Shown here: piece by piece, positions 1 to 10,138 of the stretch
Layout: each line of letters starts with the position of its first letter
Numbering within the stretch: the first letter of the stretch is position 1
Source: Phenylobacterium sp.
Lineage (GTDB): Bacteria; Pseudomonadota; Alphaproteobacteria; Caulobacterales; Caulobacteraceae
Reading direction: 5' to 3'
DNA: 38,964 nucleotides
NCBI RefSeq assembly: GCF_036263695.1
Contig: NZ_DATAGM010000424.1
Location: 1-38,964, forward strand
Position numbers and translations under genes: made by a program
Notes under the pieces: model-generated
The model's database searches: none
What the model was told of the DNA's origin: nothing
What the model saw: the letters and a program-made list of their open reading frames with translations, nothing else

Positions 1-1034
1 AGAAGCTCCAGAAGGCGCGGGAGAAGGGCGATGTCGTCAAGTCGCAGGACTTGGCGCCCCTGGCCGCGCTCCTGGCCGCGGCGAGCGTCATGGCGGGGAT
101 GGGCGGGCCCCTGGCGCGAGACTTGGCCGTCGGGCTTCGCAGCTACATCGCCGAGGCCGGGACCATGTCTCTGGACGGCCAAGCCGGCGTCCAACTCCTC
201 GCCCAGGCCATGCAGCTCGGCGCGCCGGCGCTGCTGGCGGTGCTGGCGACCGCGGCGGTCGCCGCCGCGGCCGGCAACCTGGTTCAGCACGGCTTCCTGT
301 TCACTCCGGACAAGCTGAAGTTCGACTGGAAGAAGCTCTCGCCCCTGCAGGGGATGAAGCGGATCTTCGGCCCGGACGGCCTGTTCAACTTCGTCAAAAC
401 GATCCTGAAGATCCTGCTCGTCGCCGCGGTCGCGTGGTGGGCGGTGAACCCCCGTTACGACGAGCTGCAGACCCTGGCCCGCATCTCGCCCACGGCCATC
501 CTGCCGCTGGCGGCCGACCTGATGCGGCGGCTGGTGTTCGCCGTGGCCGTGCTGCTGGCGGTCATCACCGGCATCGACTGGTTCTGGCAGCGTCAGCGGT
601 TCATGGCGAAGATGCGGATGACCAAGGAGGAGCTGAAGGACGAGTTCAAGCAGTCCGAAGGCGACCCGCACGTGAAAGCCCGCCAGCGGCAGCTGCGCAT
701 CCAGCGCTCGCGCCGGCGGATGATGGCGGCGGTGCCCGAGGCCACCGTGGTGATCATGAACCCGACCCACTTCGCGGTGGCGCTGAAGTACGAGGCCGGC
801 GAGGCCGGCGCGCCCACCTGCGTCGCCAAGGGCCTGGACACGCTGGCCCTGAAGATCCGAGATGTCGCCAAGGACGCCGGGGTGCCGGTGGTGGAGGATC
901 CCCCGCTGGCCCGGGCCCTCTACGCCGCTGTCGAGATCGACGAGCAGATTCCCCCGAAACACTACGAGGCGGTGGCTAAGGTCATCGGCTTCGTGATGGC
1001 CGCCGCACGAAAGCGTGGGGCCCGCGGACTGTGA
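1..1034 (+). CDS. flhB: Flagellar export apparatus protein FlhB (5'-truncated by window edge)
   Basis: Frame is open from nt 3 (KLQKAREKGDVVKSQD..., typical FlhB N-terminus). It has hydrophobic helices, MTKEELKDEFKQSEGDP, the NPTH autocleavage motif and PPLARALY. Confidence 0.96.
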   Translation, partial: KLQKAREKGDVVKSQDLAPLAALLAAASVMAGMGGPLARDLAVGLRSYIAEAGTMSLDGQAGVQLLAQAMQLGAPALLAVLATAAVAAAAGNLVQHGFLFTPDKLKFDWKKLSPLQGMKRIFGPDGLFNFVKTILKILLVAAVAWWAVNPRYDELQTLARISPTAILPLAADLMRRLVFAVAVLLAVITGIDWFWQRQRFMAKMRMTKEELKDEFKQSEGDPHVKARQRQLRIQRSRRRMMAAVPEATVVIMNPTHFAVALKYEAGEAGAPTCVAKGLDTLALKIRDVAKDAGVPVVEDPPLARALYAAVEIDEQIPPKHYEAVAKVIGFVMAAARKRGARGL

Positions 1035-1102
1035 GAGTATGATCGATGCGTGATTCGGAGGGGCTGGCAGCCCCGGCCTTCAAGGAGAGCCGACGGTCCG
1101 GA

Positions 1103-3172
1103 ATGGCGAACGCCGCAAGCGCAGCGCGCCCCAGGCGCAAGAGCAGCGCCCTGAACTGGCTGATCGGCCTGTTCTTCGGGGTCGCGGCCCTGTGTGCGGC
1201 GGCGCCGGTGCTGGTCGCTCCGGTCACCGCCGCCAGCCTGATGCTGGTGGTCGGTCTGGCGGGCGTCGCCTGCCTGGGCCTGCTGGCTCTTCGCAACCCG
1301 GCCGAGCCGGCGAACGACCCCGAGCTCAGCCCCGAGGCGCTGCTGGAGTCGCTGCCCGAGCCCACCGCGCTGGTCGCCGCCGATGGGCGGATCCACGCCT
1401 GCAACGGCGCCTGGCGCAACACCGTCGGCATGGCCCCGCGGCTGCCGAAGAACGGCGCCAGCGGCACGGGCCTGTTCGCCGGCCTGGCCGCCGCCCGCCG
1501 CGGCGAGACCGGCCGCGCCAGCCTGAAGATCGCCGGCGAGGACCGGCTGGCGGAGATCACCCCCGCCGGGGCGCGCCGGTTCCTGGTGCGGCTGCTGGCC
1601 GGCGGCCCCGAGCCGCTGCGCCTGCCGGCCAAGGCCATGGCGGTGATCGAAGCTGTCGCCTCCGCCAGCCCGCCGCCGCCAAAGGTGCTGGACGCCTTCG
1701 CCGCCGCCTCGCCGTTCGGCGCCGCGCTGCTGGAGGGGGAGGACCCCTTCGCCGCGGCCATTGTCGAGGCCAACCCGGCGCTGGCCGCCGTGGCCGGCGG
1801 CGGCGCGCCCGGCCAGGTGTTCGGCGAGCTGATCGAGCCCGCCTCGCGGGCCGATGCGGCCCAGAAGCTGAAGGACGGGACCCAGGGCGCCCTCGAGGTG
1901 CGGCTTGCCAGCGACCCGGCCCGCATCGCCCACCTGTACCTGGCCAAGAGCGACGGCCGCTGGGTGGCCTACCTCGTGGACGTCTCGGCCCAGAAGCAGA
2001 TCGAGCTGCAGCTGGCCCAGAGCCAGAAGATGCAGGCCATCGGCCAGCTGGCCGGCGGCGTCGCCCACGACTTCAACAACCTGCTCACCGCCATCTTCAT
2101 GCAGCTGGACGTGCTGGCCTCCCGCCACCCGGTGGGCGACCCGAGCTACGAGGGGCTGAACGAGATCCGCCAGACCTCGGCCCGAGCCGCCGACCTGGTG
2201 CGCAAGCTGCTGGCCTTCTCGCGCAAGCAGACGGTGCAGCGAGAGGTGCTCGACCTCGGCGAGCTGATCTCCGAGTTCGAGGTGCTGCTGCGGCGGGTGC
2301 TCTACGAGGACGTCAACCTCAAGACCGAGTACGGCCGCGACCTGCCGCAGGTGAAGGCCGACCGCAGCCAGCTCGAGACCGCGGTGATGAACCTTGCCGT
2401 CAACGCCCGCGACGCCGTGCGCGCCCAGGGCGGCGGCACGGTCAGCATCCGCACCGCCCGCCTGACCGAGGCCCAGGCGCAGGCCATGGGCTTCGCCGCC
2501 GCCAAGGGCGACCAGGCGCTGATCGAGGTGGCCGACGACGGCCCCGGCATCCCGCCCGAGGTGATGGACAAGATCTTCGACCCGTTCTTCACCACCAAGC
2601 CGGTGGGCGAGGGGACGGGCCTGGGCCTGGCCACGGTCTATGGCATCGTCAAGCAGTCGGACGGCTGGATCAGCGTCCACACCAAACCGGGCCAGGGCGC
2701 GGCCTTCCGCATCTTCCTGCCGGTGCACGTGCCGCTGCCCTCGGCGAACCCGGCGCCCGCGCCCGTCAAGGCCCGCCCGGTCGCCCGGGACCTCTCGGGC
2801 GCCGGCAAGATCCTGTTCGTCGAGGACGAGGACGCGGTGCGCGGCGTCGCCGCCAAGCTGCTCCGCGCCCGCGGCTACGAGGTCATCGAGGCGGCGTCCG
2901 GCGAAGAGGCCCTGGAGCTGGCCGAACAGCACGCCGGCGAGATCGACCTGATGATCTCCGACGTCGTCATGCCGGGCATGCAGGGGCCGGACCTCCTCAA
3001 GCACGCTCGCGTCTATCTCGGCTCCGCCCCAGTGATGTTCATCTCCGGCTACGCCGAGAGCGAGTTCTCCGACCTGCTGGAAGGCGAGGACAACATCTCC
3101 TTCCTGCCCAAGCCGATCGACATCAAGACGCTGGCCGAGCGCGTGAAGCTCGAACTCCAGAAGGCGGCGTAG
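1103..3172 (+). CDS. cckA: Cell-cycle hybrid histidine kinase CckA (2 TM, PAS-like, HisKA, HATPase, REC)
   Basis: Motifs [24 protein letters not shown] (H-box), [27 protein letters not shown] and receiver VEDE...SDVVMP...FISGY...KP. It lies directly downstream of flhB as in other alphaproteobacteria. Start placed at ATG 1103 (AAGGAG upstream); the ORF extends to 1046. Confidence 0.9.
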   Translation: MANAASAARPRRKSSALNWLIGLFFGVAALCAAAPVLVAPVTAASLMLVVGLAGVACLGLLALRNPAEPANDPELSPEALLESLPEPTALVAADGRIHACNGAWRNTVGMAPRLPKNGASGTGLFAGLAAARRGETGRASLKIAGEDRLAEITPAGARRFLVRLLAGGPEPLRLPAKAMAVIEAVASASPPPPKVLDAFAAASPFGAALLEGEDPFAAAIVEANPALAAVAGGGAPGQVFGELIEPASRADAAQKLKDGTQGALEVRLASDPARIAHLYLAKSDGRWVAYLVDVSAQKQIELQLAQSQKMQAIGQLAGGVAHDFNNLLTAIFMQLDVLASRHPVGDPSYEGLNEIRQTSARAADLVRKLLAFSRKQTVQREVLDLGELISEFEVLLRRVLYEDVNLKTEYGRDLPQVKADRSQLETAVMNLAVNARDAVRAQGGGTVSIRTARLTEAQAQAMGFAAAKGDQALIEVADDGPGIPPEVMDKIFDPFFTTKPVGEGTGLGLATVYGIVKQSDGWISVHTKPGQGAAFRIFLPVHVPLPSANPAPAPVKARPVARDLSGAGKILFVEDEDAVRGVAAKLLRARGYEVIEAASGEEALELAEQHAGEIDLMISDVVMPGMQGPDLLKHARVYLGSAPVMFISGYAESEFSDLLEGEDNISFLPKPIDIKTLAERVKLELQKAA

Positions 3173-3335
3173 ACGGCTCCTTCCTTTCCCGCCGCCAGGC
3201 GGGAGCGGCATGAAGAGGACCCTGCGGGAAGCGCGTGTCGCGGGCGAAACGCCTCGCCCGTTGACGAGGCCCTCCGGATCATCATTCCTAGGGGAATTGA
3301 TCGGCGCACCAAGAGGCGCCCCGGGAGGTATTGTT

Positions 3336-4877
3336 TTGAGTCATACTGCGAGCGGCGGCGCATCTCGGCTGCCTATGAAAACCAAGCTTGCGTTCGGGAT
3401 CGGTAGCGGGGCGGAATCGATCTGCCTCTACGCGATCGCCCAGTTCGCCATCTTCTATTACTACCAAGTCCGCGGCCTCGATCCCGGACTCGCGGCCCTG
3501 GCGGCATCGGCCAGCCTGGTCCTCGACGGCTTCGCCGACCCGATCGCCGGGTCGCTCTCCGATCGCACGAAATCGAAGTGGGGCCGCCGCCACCTCTACA
3601 TGTTCTTCGCGCCGATCCCGATCGCGCTGTCGTTCATCGCGGTGTTCAATCCGCCGGCGGGCCTGGGCGAGTGGGGCCTGTTCACCTGGTTCCTGGTCAG
3701 CATCGCGGCGCTGCGGATCGCCATGACCTTCTACCACACGCCTCACCTGGCGCTCGGCGGGGAGCTGTCGAGCGACTACACCGAGCGGTCGAAGGTGATG
3801 AGCTACAACAGCTTCTTCGCCTGGGCGGGCGGCGCGGCGACCTACTGGATCGCCCTGCGCCTCTATTTCCCCAAGACCGATGAGTACCAGAACGGCCTGC
3901 TCAATCCCGAGCCTTACGTGCCGTACTCCATCACCATGGGCGTCATCGCCATGGTGATCCTCTACGCCTCGGCCTGGTTCACGCGCGACCGCATCCCGCA
4001 CATGCCCAAGGCGCCGGCCGACATGCCGCGCTGGAATCCGCTCGAGTTCTTCGGCGACATCAAGAAGGCGCTGAGCAACATCAACTACGTCTGGCTGATC
4101 ATCGGCTACTTCTTCGTCTCCCTGATGGTGGGCCTGCGGAACGGCCTGCACATCTACACCAACACCTCCTACTGGGAGCTCTCGACCCACGACCTCAGCT
4201 ATTTCGTCATCGGCAGCTTCTTCGGCTTCCTGACCGCCTTCGTCGTCTCGGCGCGGCTGCACGGCAAGTACGACAAGAAGAAGACGATGATCGTCTCGGC
4301 GATCGTCTACGCCGTCGCCCCCGCCGTGCCGCTGGTGCTGGGCATGATGGGCATCCTGACCCCGACCACGCCGGGCATCCTGCCGATCCTGATCGCCTCC
4401 ACCATCTTCAGCTGGGGCGCCGTCAGCGTGATGACCATCTCCATGATGTCGGCGCTGGCCGACATCGCCGACGAGAACGAGCTGAAGTTCGGCGTTCGGC
4501 AGGAGGGGGTGCTCTACGCCACCCGCTCGCTGTTCGCGAAGATCGACGCGGCCATCGGCACGGCGCTGGCCGGCGTGGTTCTCGGCCTGATCGCCTTCCC
4601 GCCGAAGGCCGAGCCCGGCACAGTGCCCGATGACGTTCTCTACAACCTCGTGCTCTGGGACGGCCTGATCGCGATGATCCCAGGCGTGCTCGCGGTCGTG
4701 TTCTACGCCAAGTACAACATCACGCGCAGCACCTACGAGGCCACCAAGGCCGCGCTGGCCGAGCGCCGGCGGCAGGAGCCGATCGCGCCGACCGTCACGG
4801 GCGTGCTGGCTGTCGAGGACGTCGGCAGCACGCTTGATACGCCCGGGGGGCTCAAGCCCTCGCCCGGTCAGGCATGA
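3336..4877 (+). CDS. MFS transporter, glycoside-pentoside-hexuronide (MelB-like) family, paralogue 1
   Basis: Motifs KLAFGIG, LDGFADPIAGSLSDRTKSKWGRR and ADIADENE...RQEG, with ~12 hydrophobic segments. TTG start at 3336 is 7 nt after GGAGG and aligns with the N-terminus of paralogue 2. Confidence 0.9.
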   Translation: MSHTASGGASRLPMKTKLAFGIGSGAESICLYAIAQFAIFYYYQVRGLDPGLAALAASASLVLDGFADPIAGSLSDRTKSKWGRRHLYMFFAPIPIALSFIAVFNPPAGLGEWGLFTWFLVSIAALRIAMTFYHTPHLALGGELSSDYTERSKVMSYNSFFAWAGGAATYWIALRLYFPKTDEYQNGLLNPEPYVPYSITMGVIAMVILYASAWFTRDRIPHMPKAPADMPRWNPLEFFGDIKKALSNINYVWLIIGYFFVSLMVGLRNGLHIYTNTSYWELSTHDLSYFVIGSFFGFLTAFVVSARLHGKYDKKKTMIVSAIVYAVAPAVPLVLGMMGILTPTTPGILPILIASTIFSWGAVSVMTISMMSALADIADENELKFGVRQEGVLYATRSLFAKIDAAIGTALAGVVLGLIAFPPKAEPGTVPDDVLYNLVLWDGLIAMIPGVLAVVFYAKYNITRSTYEATKAALAERRRQEPIAPTVTGVLAVEDVGSTLDTPGGLKPSPGQA

Positions 4878-4918
4878 CCCGCCGGCCTTAAAACAGAAAA
4901 CGAAGGAGGAGCCGTCCC

Positions 4919-6460
4919 GTGAGCAGCACCCAGGTCGCCGGCGCGGACCGGCTCCCCTTCAAGACCAAGCTGGCCTTTGGCCTCGGCAGCGGCGCCGAGA
5001 CGATCGCCCTCTACACGGTCAGCCAGTTTGCGATGCTCTACTACAACCAGGTGCTCGGGCTGCCCGGGCACCTGGCGGGCCTGGCGGTCTCGGCGAGCCT
5101 GATCCTCGACGGCCTGTCGGACCCGGTGGTGGGGTCGCTCTCGGACCGCACCCGGTCGAAGTGGGGCCGGCGCCACCTCTACATGTTCTGGGCGCCGATC
5201 CCGATCGTCCTGTCGTTCATCGCCATCTTCAATCCGCCGGACGGCCTGTCTCAGGGAGCGCTGTTCGCCTGGTTCATGCTGACGGTGATCCTGCTTCGGC
5301 AGGCGATGACCTTCTACCACACGCCCCACCTGGCCCTCGGCGGCGAGCTTTCCCGCGACTACACCGAGCGGTCGAAGGTGATGAGCTACAACAGCTTCTT
5401 CGCCTGGGCAGGCGGGGCGGCGACCAGCTGGATCGCGCTCAGCTACTTCTTTGTCGACACGCCCGAGTATCCGCGTGGCCTGCTGAACCCTGAGCCCTAC
5501 GCCCCCTATTCGCTGGTGATGGGCGCTGTGGCGCTGGCGGTGCTCTTCGGATCTGCCTGGTTCACCCGCGACCGGATACCCCTGCTGCCGAAGCCGCCGC
5601 CGGAACAGCCCGGCTGGACCCCGTTCGAGTTCTTCAAGGACGTCGGCAAGGCGTTCCGGAACCGAAACTACGTCTGGCTGCTGGTCGGCTACTTCTTCCT
5701 GTCGGTGATGATCGGGCTGCGCCAAACGCTGCACCTGTACGTCAACACCTTCTACTGGGAGCTCGGGTCGGAGCAGATCCGCTGGTTCGTGATCGGCTCC
5801 TTCGCGGGCTACTTCACCGCCTTCGTGGTCGCCGCCCGCCTGCACGGCAGGTTCGACAAGCGGTTGACGATGATCGTCGCCTGCATCCTCTACGCCGTCA
5901 TTCCTGGCCTGCCGGTGGTGCTCGGCGGGATGGGAATCCTCACCCCGGAAACGCCAGGCCTGCTGGCTATCCTGATCGCCATCGCCGCCCTGGGCTACGG
6001 CGCGGTCAGCGTGCTCTCGATCAGCGTCATGTCGGCGCTGGCCGACATCGCCGACCAGAACGAACTGAGGTTCGGCCTGCGCCAGGAGGGGGTGCTCTAT
6101 TCGACCCGGGCGCTGTTCGCCAAGGTGGACCAGGCCGTAGGCGCCTTCATTGGGGGGCTGGTGCTGACCATCATCGCCTTCCCAACCAAGGCAAAGCCGG
6201 GGCTGGTGCCAGACGAGATCGTCTGGAACCTCGCTCTCTGGGACGGGGTGATTGGCGGCGTGCCGGGCCTGCTCGCGGCGCTGTTTTACGCCAAGTACGG
6301 CATCAACCGGCAATCCTATGAAGCCACCAAGGCCGCGCTCGCCGCGCGCCGGCCCACGGCCGCCGTGGCGGCGGCGGCCGTTCAGGGCGCCGAGGATGCG
6401 CCCGAGCCGCTGGGCGGGGGCGGAACGCCGCCCCAAGCGCCGCCGCGGCCGGCCGAATAG
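4919..6460 (+). CDS. MFS transporter, GPH (MelB-like) family, paralogue 2
   Basis: GTG start after AAGGAGG. Same motifs as the upstream gene (LDGLSDPVVGSLSDRTRSKWGRR; ADIADQNE...RQEG) and alignable with it along most of its length. Confidence 0.92.
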   Translation: MSSTQVAGADRLPFKTKLAFGLGSGAETIALYTVSQFAMLYYNQVLGLPGHLAGLAVSASLILDGLSDPVVGSLSDRTRSKWGRRHLYMFWAPIPIVLSFIAIFNPPDGLSQGALFAWFMLTVILLRQAMTFYHTPHLALGGELSRDYTERSKVMSYNSFFAWAGGAATSWIALSYFFVDTPEYPRGLLNPEPYAPYSLVMGAVALAVLFGSAWFTRDRIPLLPKPPPEQPGWTPFEFFKDVGKAFRNRNYVWLLVGYFFLSVMIGLRQTLHLYVNTFYWELGSEQIRWFVIGSFAGYFTAFVVAARLHGRFDKRLTMIVACILYAVIPGLPVVLGGMGILTPETPGLLAILIAIAALGYGAVSVLSISVMSALADIADQNELRFGLRQEGVLYSTRALFAKVDQAVGAFIGGLVLTIIAFPTKAKPGLVPDEIVWNLALWDGVIGGVPGLLAALFYAKYGINRQSYEATKAALAARRPTAAVAAAAVQGAEDAPEPLGGGGTPPQAPPRPAE

Positions 6461-6561
6461 GCGGCGGATTACAGCGATTTAACCCGCGCACGCTTGCCGT
6501 GCGCGGGCGGCTGCGCCAAGCCTGCGACCGTAACATCGGTAACATGCTGGGGCCCGCCGAA

Positions 6562-8382
6562 GTGCTGAACCGCCGCCATCTCCTCGTCACCGCCGCCGCG
6601 CTGGCCGGCTCCGCCGCCGCGCCTGCGCTGGCCCAGCCTGCGCCGGCCGGGACGCCTCAGGCCCAGCTCGACGCGCTGCTCGAGACCTTCTTCCAGGAGG
6701 CGCTGGACGACTCGCCCGAGCTCGCCACCCAGCTCGGCGTCGACAAAGGCGTCCGCGCCACCGCCAAGGCCCAGCTGGACGATCGGTCCATCGCCGAGCT
6801 GGAGCGCGACAAGGCGCAGCTCGAGAGTCAGCTGCGGCGGCTCAAGGCCATCCCCCGCGCGCCGCTCACCGGCATGGCGGCGGTCAACTACGACGCGGTG
6901 CTCGATGGTCTGGAGCGCAGCGACGCGGCCAACAAGCGGTTCGCCTACGGCAATGGCGGGGCGGGCCAACCCTACGTCCTCAGCCAGCTGACCGGCGCCT
7001 ATCGATCGATCCCCGACTTCCTGGGCACCCAGCACACCATCGAGACCAAGGCCGACGCGGACGCCTACCTCGCCCGCCTGGAGGCCTACGCCACGGTGAT
7101 GGACCAGGAGGCCGAGCGGGCCCGACGCGACGTGGGCCTCGGCGTCGTCCCGCCGGACTTCGTCATCGAGCGCTCGCTGCAGCAGATGCGTGCGCTGAAG
7201 GTCGCCCCGCAGACGTCGCCACTTGTCACCTCGGTCGCGAACCGCGCCCGGGAGAAGAGGATCGCCGGCGACTACGCGGCCCAGGCGGCGAAGATCTATT
7301 CGAGCAAGGTCGTCCCCGCCCTCGACCGTCAGATCGCCTTCATGGAGGGGTTGAAGCCGCGCGCCGTTCATGACGCCGGCGTGTGGCGCCTGCCGGACGG
7401 CGAGGCCTATTACGCCCACGCCTCGCAGGCCTCGACGACCACCCGGATGACGCCGGACGAGATCCACCAGATGGGCCTGGACGAGTCCCGCCGACTTTCC
7501 GACCGCGCCGAGGTGCTGCTGCGCAAGCTGGGCATGACCCAGGGCACGGTGGGACAGCGGATCCGCGCCCTCTACGACGATCCCAAGCACCACTACCCCA
7601 ACACCGACCCCGCCAAGGAGAAGCTGATCGAGGACCTGAACGCCCAGGTGAAGGCGATGATGGCCCGCCTGCCGGAGGTGTTCGGCCGGCTGCCCAAGGC
7701 TCCCGTCGAGGTGCGCCGCGTGCCGACCTTCATCGAGGCCGGGGCGCCGGGCGGCTACTACAACCAGCCCACCCTCGATGGTTCGCGGCCCGGGATCTAC
7801 TGGATCAACCTGCGCGACACGGCCGAGTACCCCAAGTGGACCCTGCCGACGCTCACCTACCACGAGGCCGTGCCGGGCCATCACATGCACCTGGCGATCC
7901 AGCAGGAGACCGAGCTGCCGATGATCCGGCGCGCCACCTTCCTGTCGGCCTACGGCGAGGGCTGGGCCCTTTACGCCGAAGAGCTGGCCCGGGAGATGGG
8001 CGTCTACGAGGACGATCCGCTGGGCGAGATCGGCTATCTGCAGTCGTCGCTGTTCCGCTCGGCGCGGCTGGTGGTCGACACCGGACTGCACGCCAAGCGC
8101 TGGAGCCGTGAGAAGGCCATCGAGACGATGACCAGCATCGACGGCTCGCCGACCAGCGCCGCCACCACCGAGATCGAGCGCTATTGCGTATGGCCGGGCC
8201 AGGCCTGCAGCTACATGGTCGGCAAGCTCACCTGGCTGCGCCTGCGCGAGGCGGCCAAGGCGAAGATGGGCGCAAGGTTCGACCTGCGCGCCTTCCACGA
8301 CATGGCCCTGGCGAGCGGCTCAGTGCCCCTGACCGTGCTTGAACGCCGCGTCGCCGACTGGAGCGAGGGCGGGGCGGTCTAG
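6562..8382 (+). CDS. DUF885 family protein (putative metallopeptidase) with twin-arginine signal peptide
   Basis: N-terminal LNRRHLL + hydrophobic stretch + ALA. Family motifs YHEAVPGHH, EGWALYAE, RLVVDTGLH, EIERY..WPGQA.SY..G. Start uncertain (GTG 6562 or ATG 6544). Confidence 0.88.
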   Translation: MLNRRHLLVTAAALAGSAAAPALAQPAPAGTPQAQLDALLETFFQEALDDSPELATQLGVDKGVRATAKAQLDDRSIAELERDKAQLESQLRRLKAIPRAPLTGMAAVNYDAVLDGLERSDAANKRFAYGNGGAGQPYVLSQLTGAYRSIPDFLGTQHTIETKADADAYLARLEAYATVMDQEAERARRDVGLGVVPPDFVIERSLQQMRALKVAPQTSPLVTSVANRAREKRIAGDYAAQAAKIYSSKVVPALDRQIAFMEGLKPRAVHDAGVWRLPDGEAYYAHASQASTTTRMTPDEIHQMGLDESRRLSDRAEVLLRKLGMTQGTVGQRIRALYDDPKHHYPNTDPAKEKLIEDLNAQVKAMMARLPEVFGRLPKAPVEVRRVPTFIEAGAPGGYYNQPTLDGSRPGIYWINLRDTAEYPKWTLPTLTYHEAVPGHHMHLAIQQETELPMIRRATFLSAYGEGWALYAEELAREMGVYEDDPLGEIGYLQSSLFRSARLVVDTGLHAKRWSREKAIETMTSIDGSPTSAATTEIERYCVWPGQACSYMVGKLTWLRLREAAKAKMGARFDLRAFHDMALASGSVPLTVLERRVADWSEGGAV

Positions 8383-8385
8383 ACG

Positions 8386-9984
8386 CTACCCCGCCGCCCG
8401 CTTCAGCCCGGGCCGTATCGCCGGCGGGCGGGCCTGCAGGCGGATGGGTTCGTCGGAAGGGGCGCCGTAGAGGTATCCCTGGGCCAGGTCCACGCCGGCC
8501 TGGCGCACGGCCTGCTCGGCGGCCTTGGTCTCGACCATTTCGGCGACGGTTCCGACCCCCAGCTCGGCGCACATCCGCACCAGGTGGCGGATGAAGGTGG
8601 TCTCCCGCCCGCCGTGCTGCAGCTCCTTGATGTAGCGCCCGTCGATCTTCACGAAGTCCAGCGGCAGCTGCTGGACGTAGGCCAGCGAGGCCGCCCCGGC
8701 CCCGAAGTCGTCGAGGCAGATCTTGCAGCCTTCCTCGCGCAGCAGCTGCAGGTTCGACTGGGCGAGCGGCATGTCGGTGATCGCCGCGCTCTCGGTCAGC
8801 TCAAACAGCAGCCGGTCGCGCGCCGTGGGGCTGCCGGCGATCATCGCGGCGACCTTGGCGACGAAGCTGCCGGACTGGGCCGTGCGGCCGGACATGTTGA
8901 CCGCCAGCTTCAGGCCGGGCGAGGCGACCAGCTGGGCGATCGTCTGCTCGACCACCGCCAGGTCCAGGCTCTCGATCAGGTCGAGCTCCTCGGCCATTCG
9001 GATCATCGGGAAGGGGCTCTCGTCCTGGCCGAAGCGGACCAGCACCTCGTGATGGTGCACCGCCCCGCCGGCCTTCAGGTTGATCACCGGCTGGTAGACG
9101 AGGCGGAACTGCTTTTCGGCCAGCGCCTGGCCCAGGGCGCCCACCTCCATGGCGGTGCGGCGGACGGAATCTGTCACCGCCTGGGAGAGGCTGGCCGGGA
9201 CCGCCGCGTCCAGCCCGTCGGCGATGAAGCTGTCGACGGCGTAGCGGATGGCGCGGATCACCTGGTTGGGCGAGGCCTCGCCGGTCAGCGACATGGCCTG
9301 GCCGGCGGGGGTGACGGCGTCCTCCTCCACGCCCAGCAGCCGCAGCAGGCGGCGCGCCAGGGCGTCGGGGCTCTCGCCGCGCGGGCGCACAAGGGCGAAG
9401 CGGTCCTCGCCCAGCTCGGCGGCGGCCGAGCCGCCGTGTGAGTGGGCCCGTAGCAGGCCGGCCAGCTCCTGGTCCATCTCGCCCTGCGTCCCGCGGGCGC
9501 TGGTCAGGCCGGAGAGCTCGACGAGGGCGAGCTCCAGCTCGAGTCCGGTGGTCTTGGCGCTTTCGAACAGAGTCGCGGTGACCTGCTCGAAGCTGTCCTT
9601 GCTGTGCAGGCCGCGGTCGGCGGTGCGCGGCGGCGGCGTCGCTCGGGTGAGCGCGCAGGAGATCGCCCCCTCGTTCTGCGGCAGTCGGAAGGCGCTGAGC
9701 GCGGCGGCGCGCTCGGCGCCGCCGGCGCCTTGCGCCAGCCGGACCACCACCGGCCCGCCCCGCAGTCCGTCCCTCAGCCCCTTGAACAGGGCCTCGGCCA
9801 TGCAGCGGTCGTAGTCGTCGATGAACTCCGACCACAGCCGTCCCACCAGCTGGACGTCCGGGGCGCCGGAGAGGGCCTCGGCGGCCCCGGCGGCGAAGGC
9901 GATCCGCCCATCGGGGGCGATCTCGATGAGCAGGTCGGCGCTCGCGAACGCGAAGCCGACGAACCGTGACAGGCCAGCGTTCAA
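8386..9984 (-). CDS. EAL-domain c-di-GMP phosphodiesterase with N-terminal PAS-like region and degenerate GGDEF-like middle
   Basis: Motifs YQPV, EVLVR, AVN, FELTES, LDDFGAG, VKIDG, AEMVE, QGYLYG are all present. TTG start preceded by AGGAAGGGAG. Confidence 0.88.
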   Translation of the reverse strand: MNAGLSRFVGFAFASADLLIEIAPDGRIAFAAGAAEALSGAPDVQLVGRLWSEFIDDYDRCMAEALFKGLRDGLRGGPVVVRLAQGAGGAERAAALSAFRLPQNEGAISCALTRATPPPRTADRGLHSKDSFEQVTATLFESAKTTGLELELALVELSGLTSARGTQGEMDQELAGLLRAHSHGGSAAAELGEDRFALVRPRGESPDALARRLLRLLGVEEDAVTPAGQAMSLTGEASPNQVIRAIRYAVDSFIADGLDAAVPASLSQAVTDSVRRTAMEVGALGQALAEKQFRLVYQPVINLKAGGAVHHHEVLVRFGQDESPFPMIRMAEELDLIESLDLAVVEQTIAQLVASPGLKLAVNMSGRTAQSGSFVAKVAAMIAGSPTARDRLLFELTESAAITDMPLAQSNLQLLREEGCKICLDDFGAGAASLAYVQQLPLDFVKIDGRYIKELQHGGRETTFIRHLVRMCAELGVGTVAEMVETKAAEQAVRQAGVDLAQGYLYGAPSDEPIRLQARPPAIRPGLKRAAG

Positions 9985-10031
9985 GCGCGGCTCCCTTCCT
10001 CCCCAGATACCGTGACTATGCAGCGTGAGGC

Positions 10032-10046
10032 TTAATGCCGTGTTTG
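10032..10046 (-). promoter_or_regulatory. Candidate CtrA box upstream of the EAL gene
   Basis: Minus strand CAAA-N7-TTAA (6/8 match to TTAA-N7-TTAA), followed 11 nt later by the -10-like CATAGT, about 50 bp upstream of the start. Confidence 0.45.
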
Positions 10047-10138
10047 GGGCGAGAATTTTCCGAAACGCTCAACCGGCTCGGGCGCCGGCGCTGCGCGCCC
10101 CTTCCGCGCGCGGCGAGGGCGGGACATGCTCCCCGCCC

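Noticed and set aside
3187-3204. Hairpin TCCCGCC-gcca-GGCGGGA after cckA as a terminator
   Set aside because: No U-tract on either strand, so it cannot be supported as an intrinsic terminator.
962-3211. 749-aa antisense ORF and 673-aa alternate-frame ORF over cckA
   Set aside because: Shadow ORFs expected from high GC3 codon bias. They have no recognisable motifs and fully overlap a clear gene.
6468-6484. TTAAC near the DUF885 start as a CtrA box (also TTAA at 19441)
   Set aside because: No convincing second half-site at the N7 spacing.
8386-9984. EAL protein as TipF
   Set aside because: No evident transmembrane segments and the catalytic motifs are intact, unlike the degenerate membrane-bound TipF.
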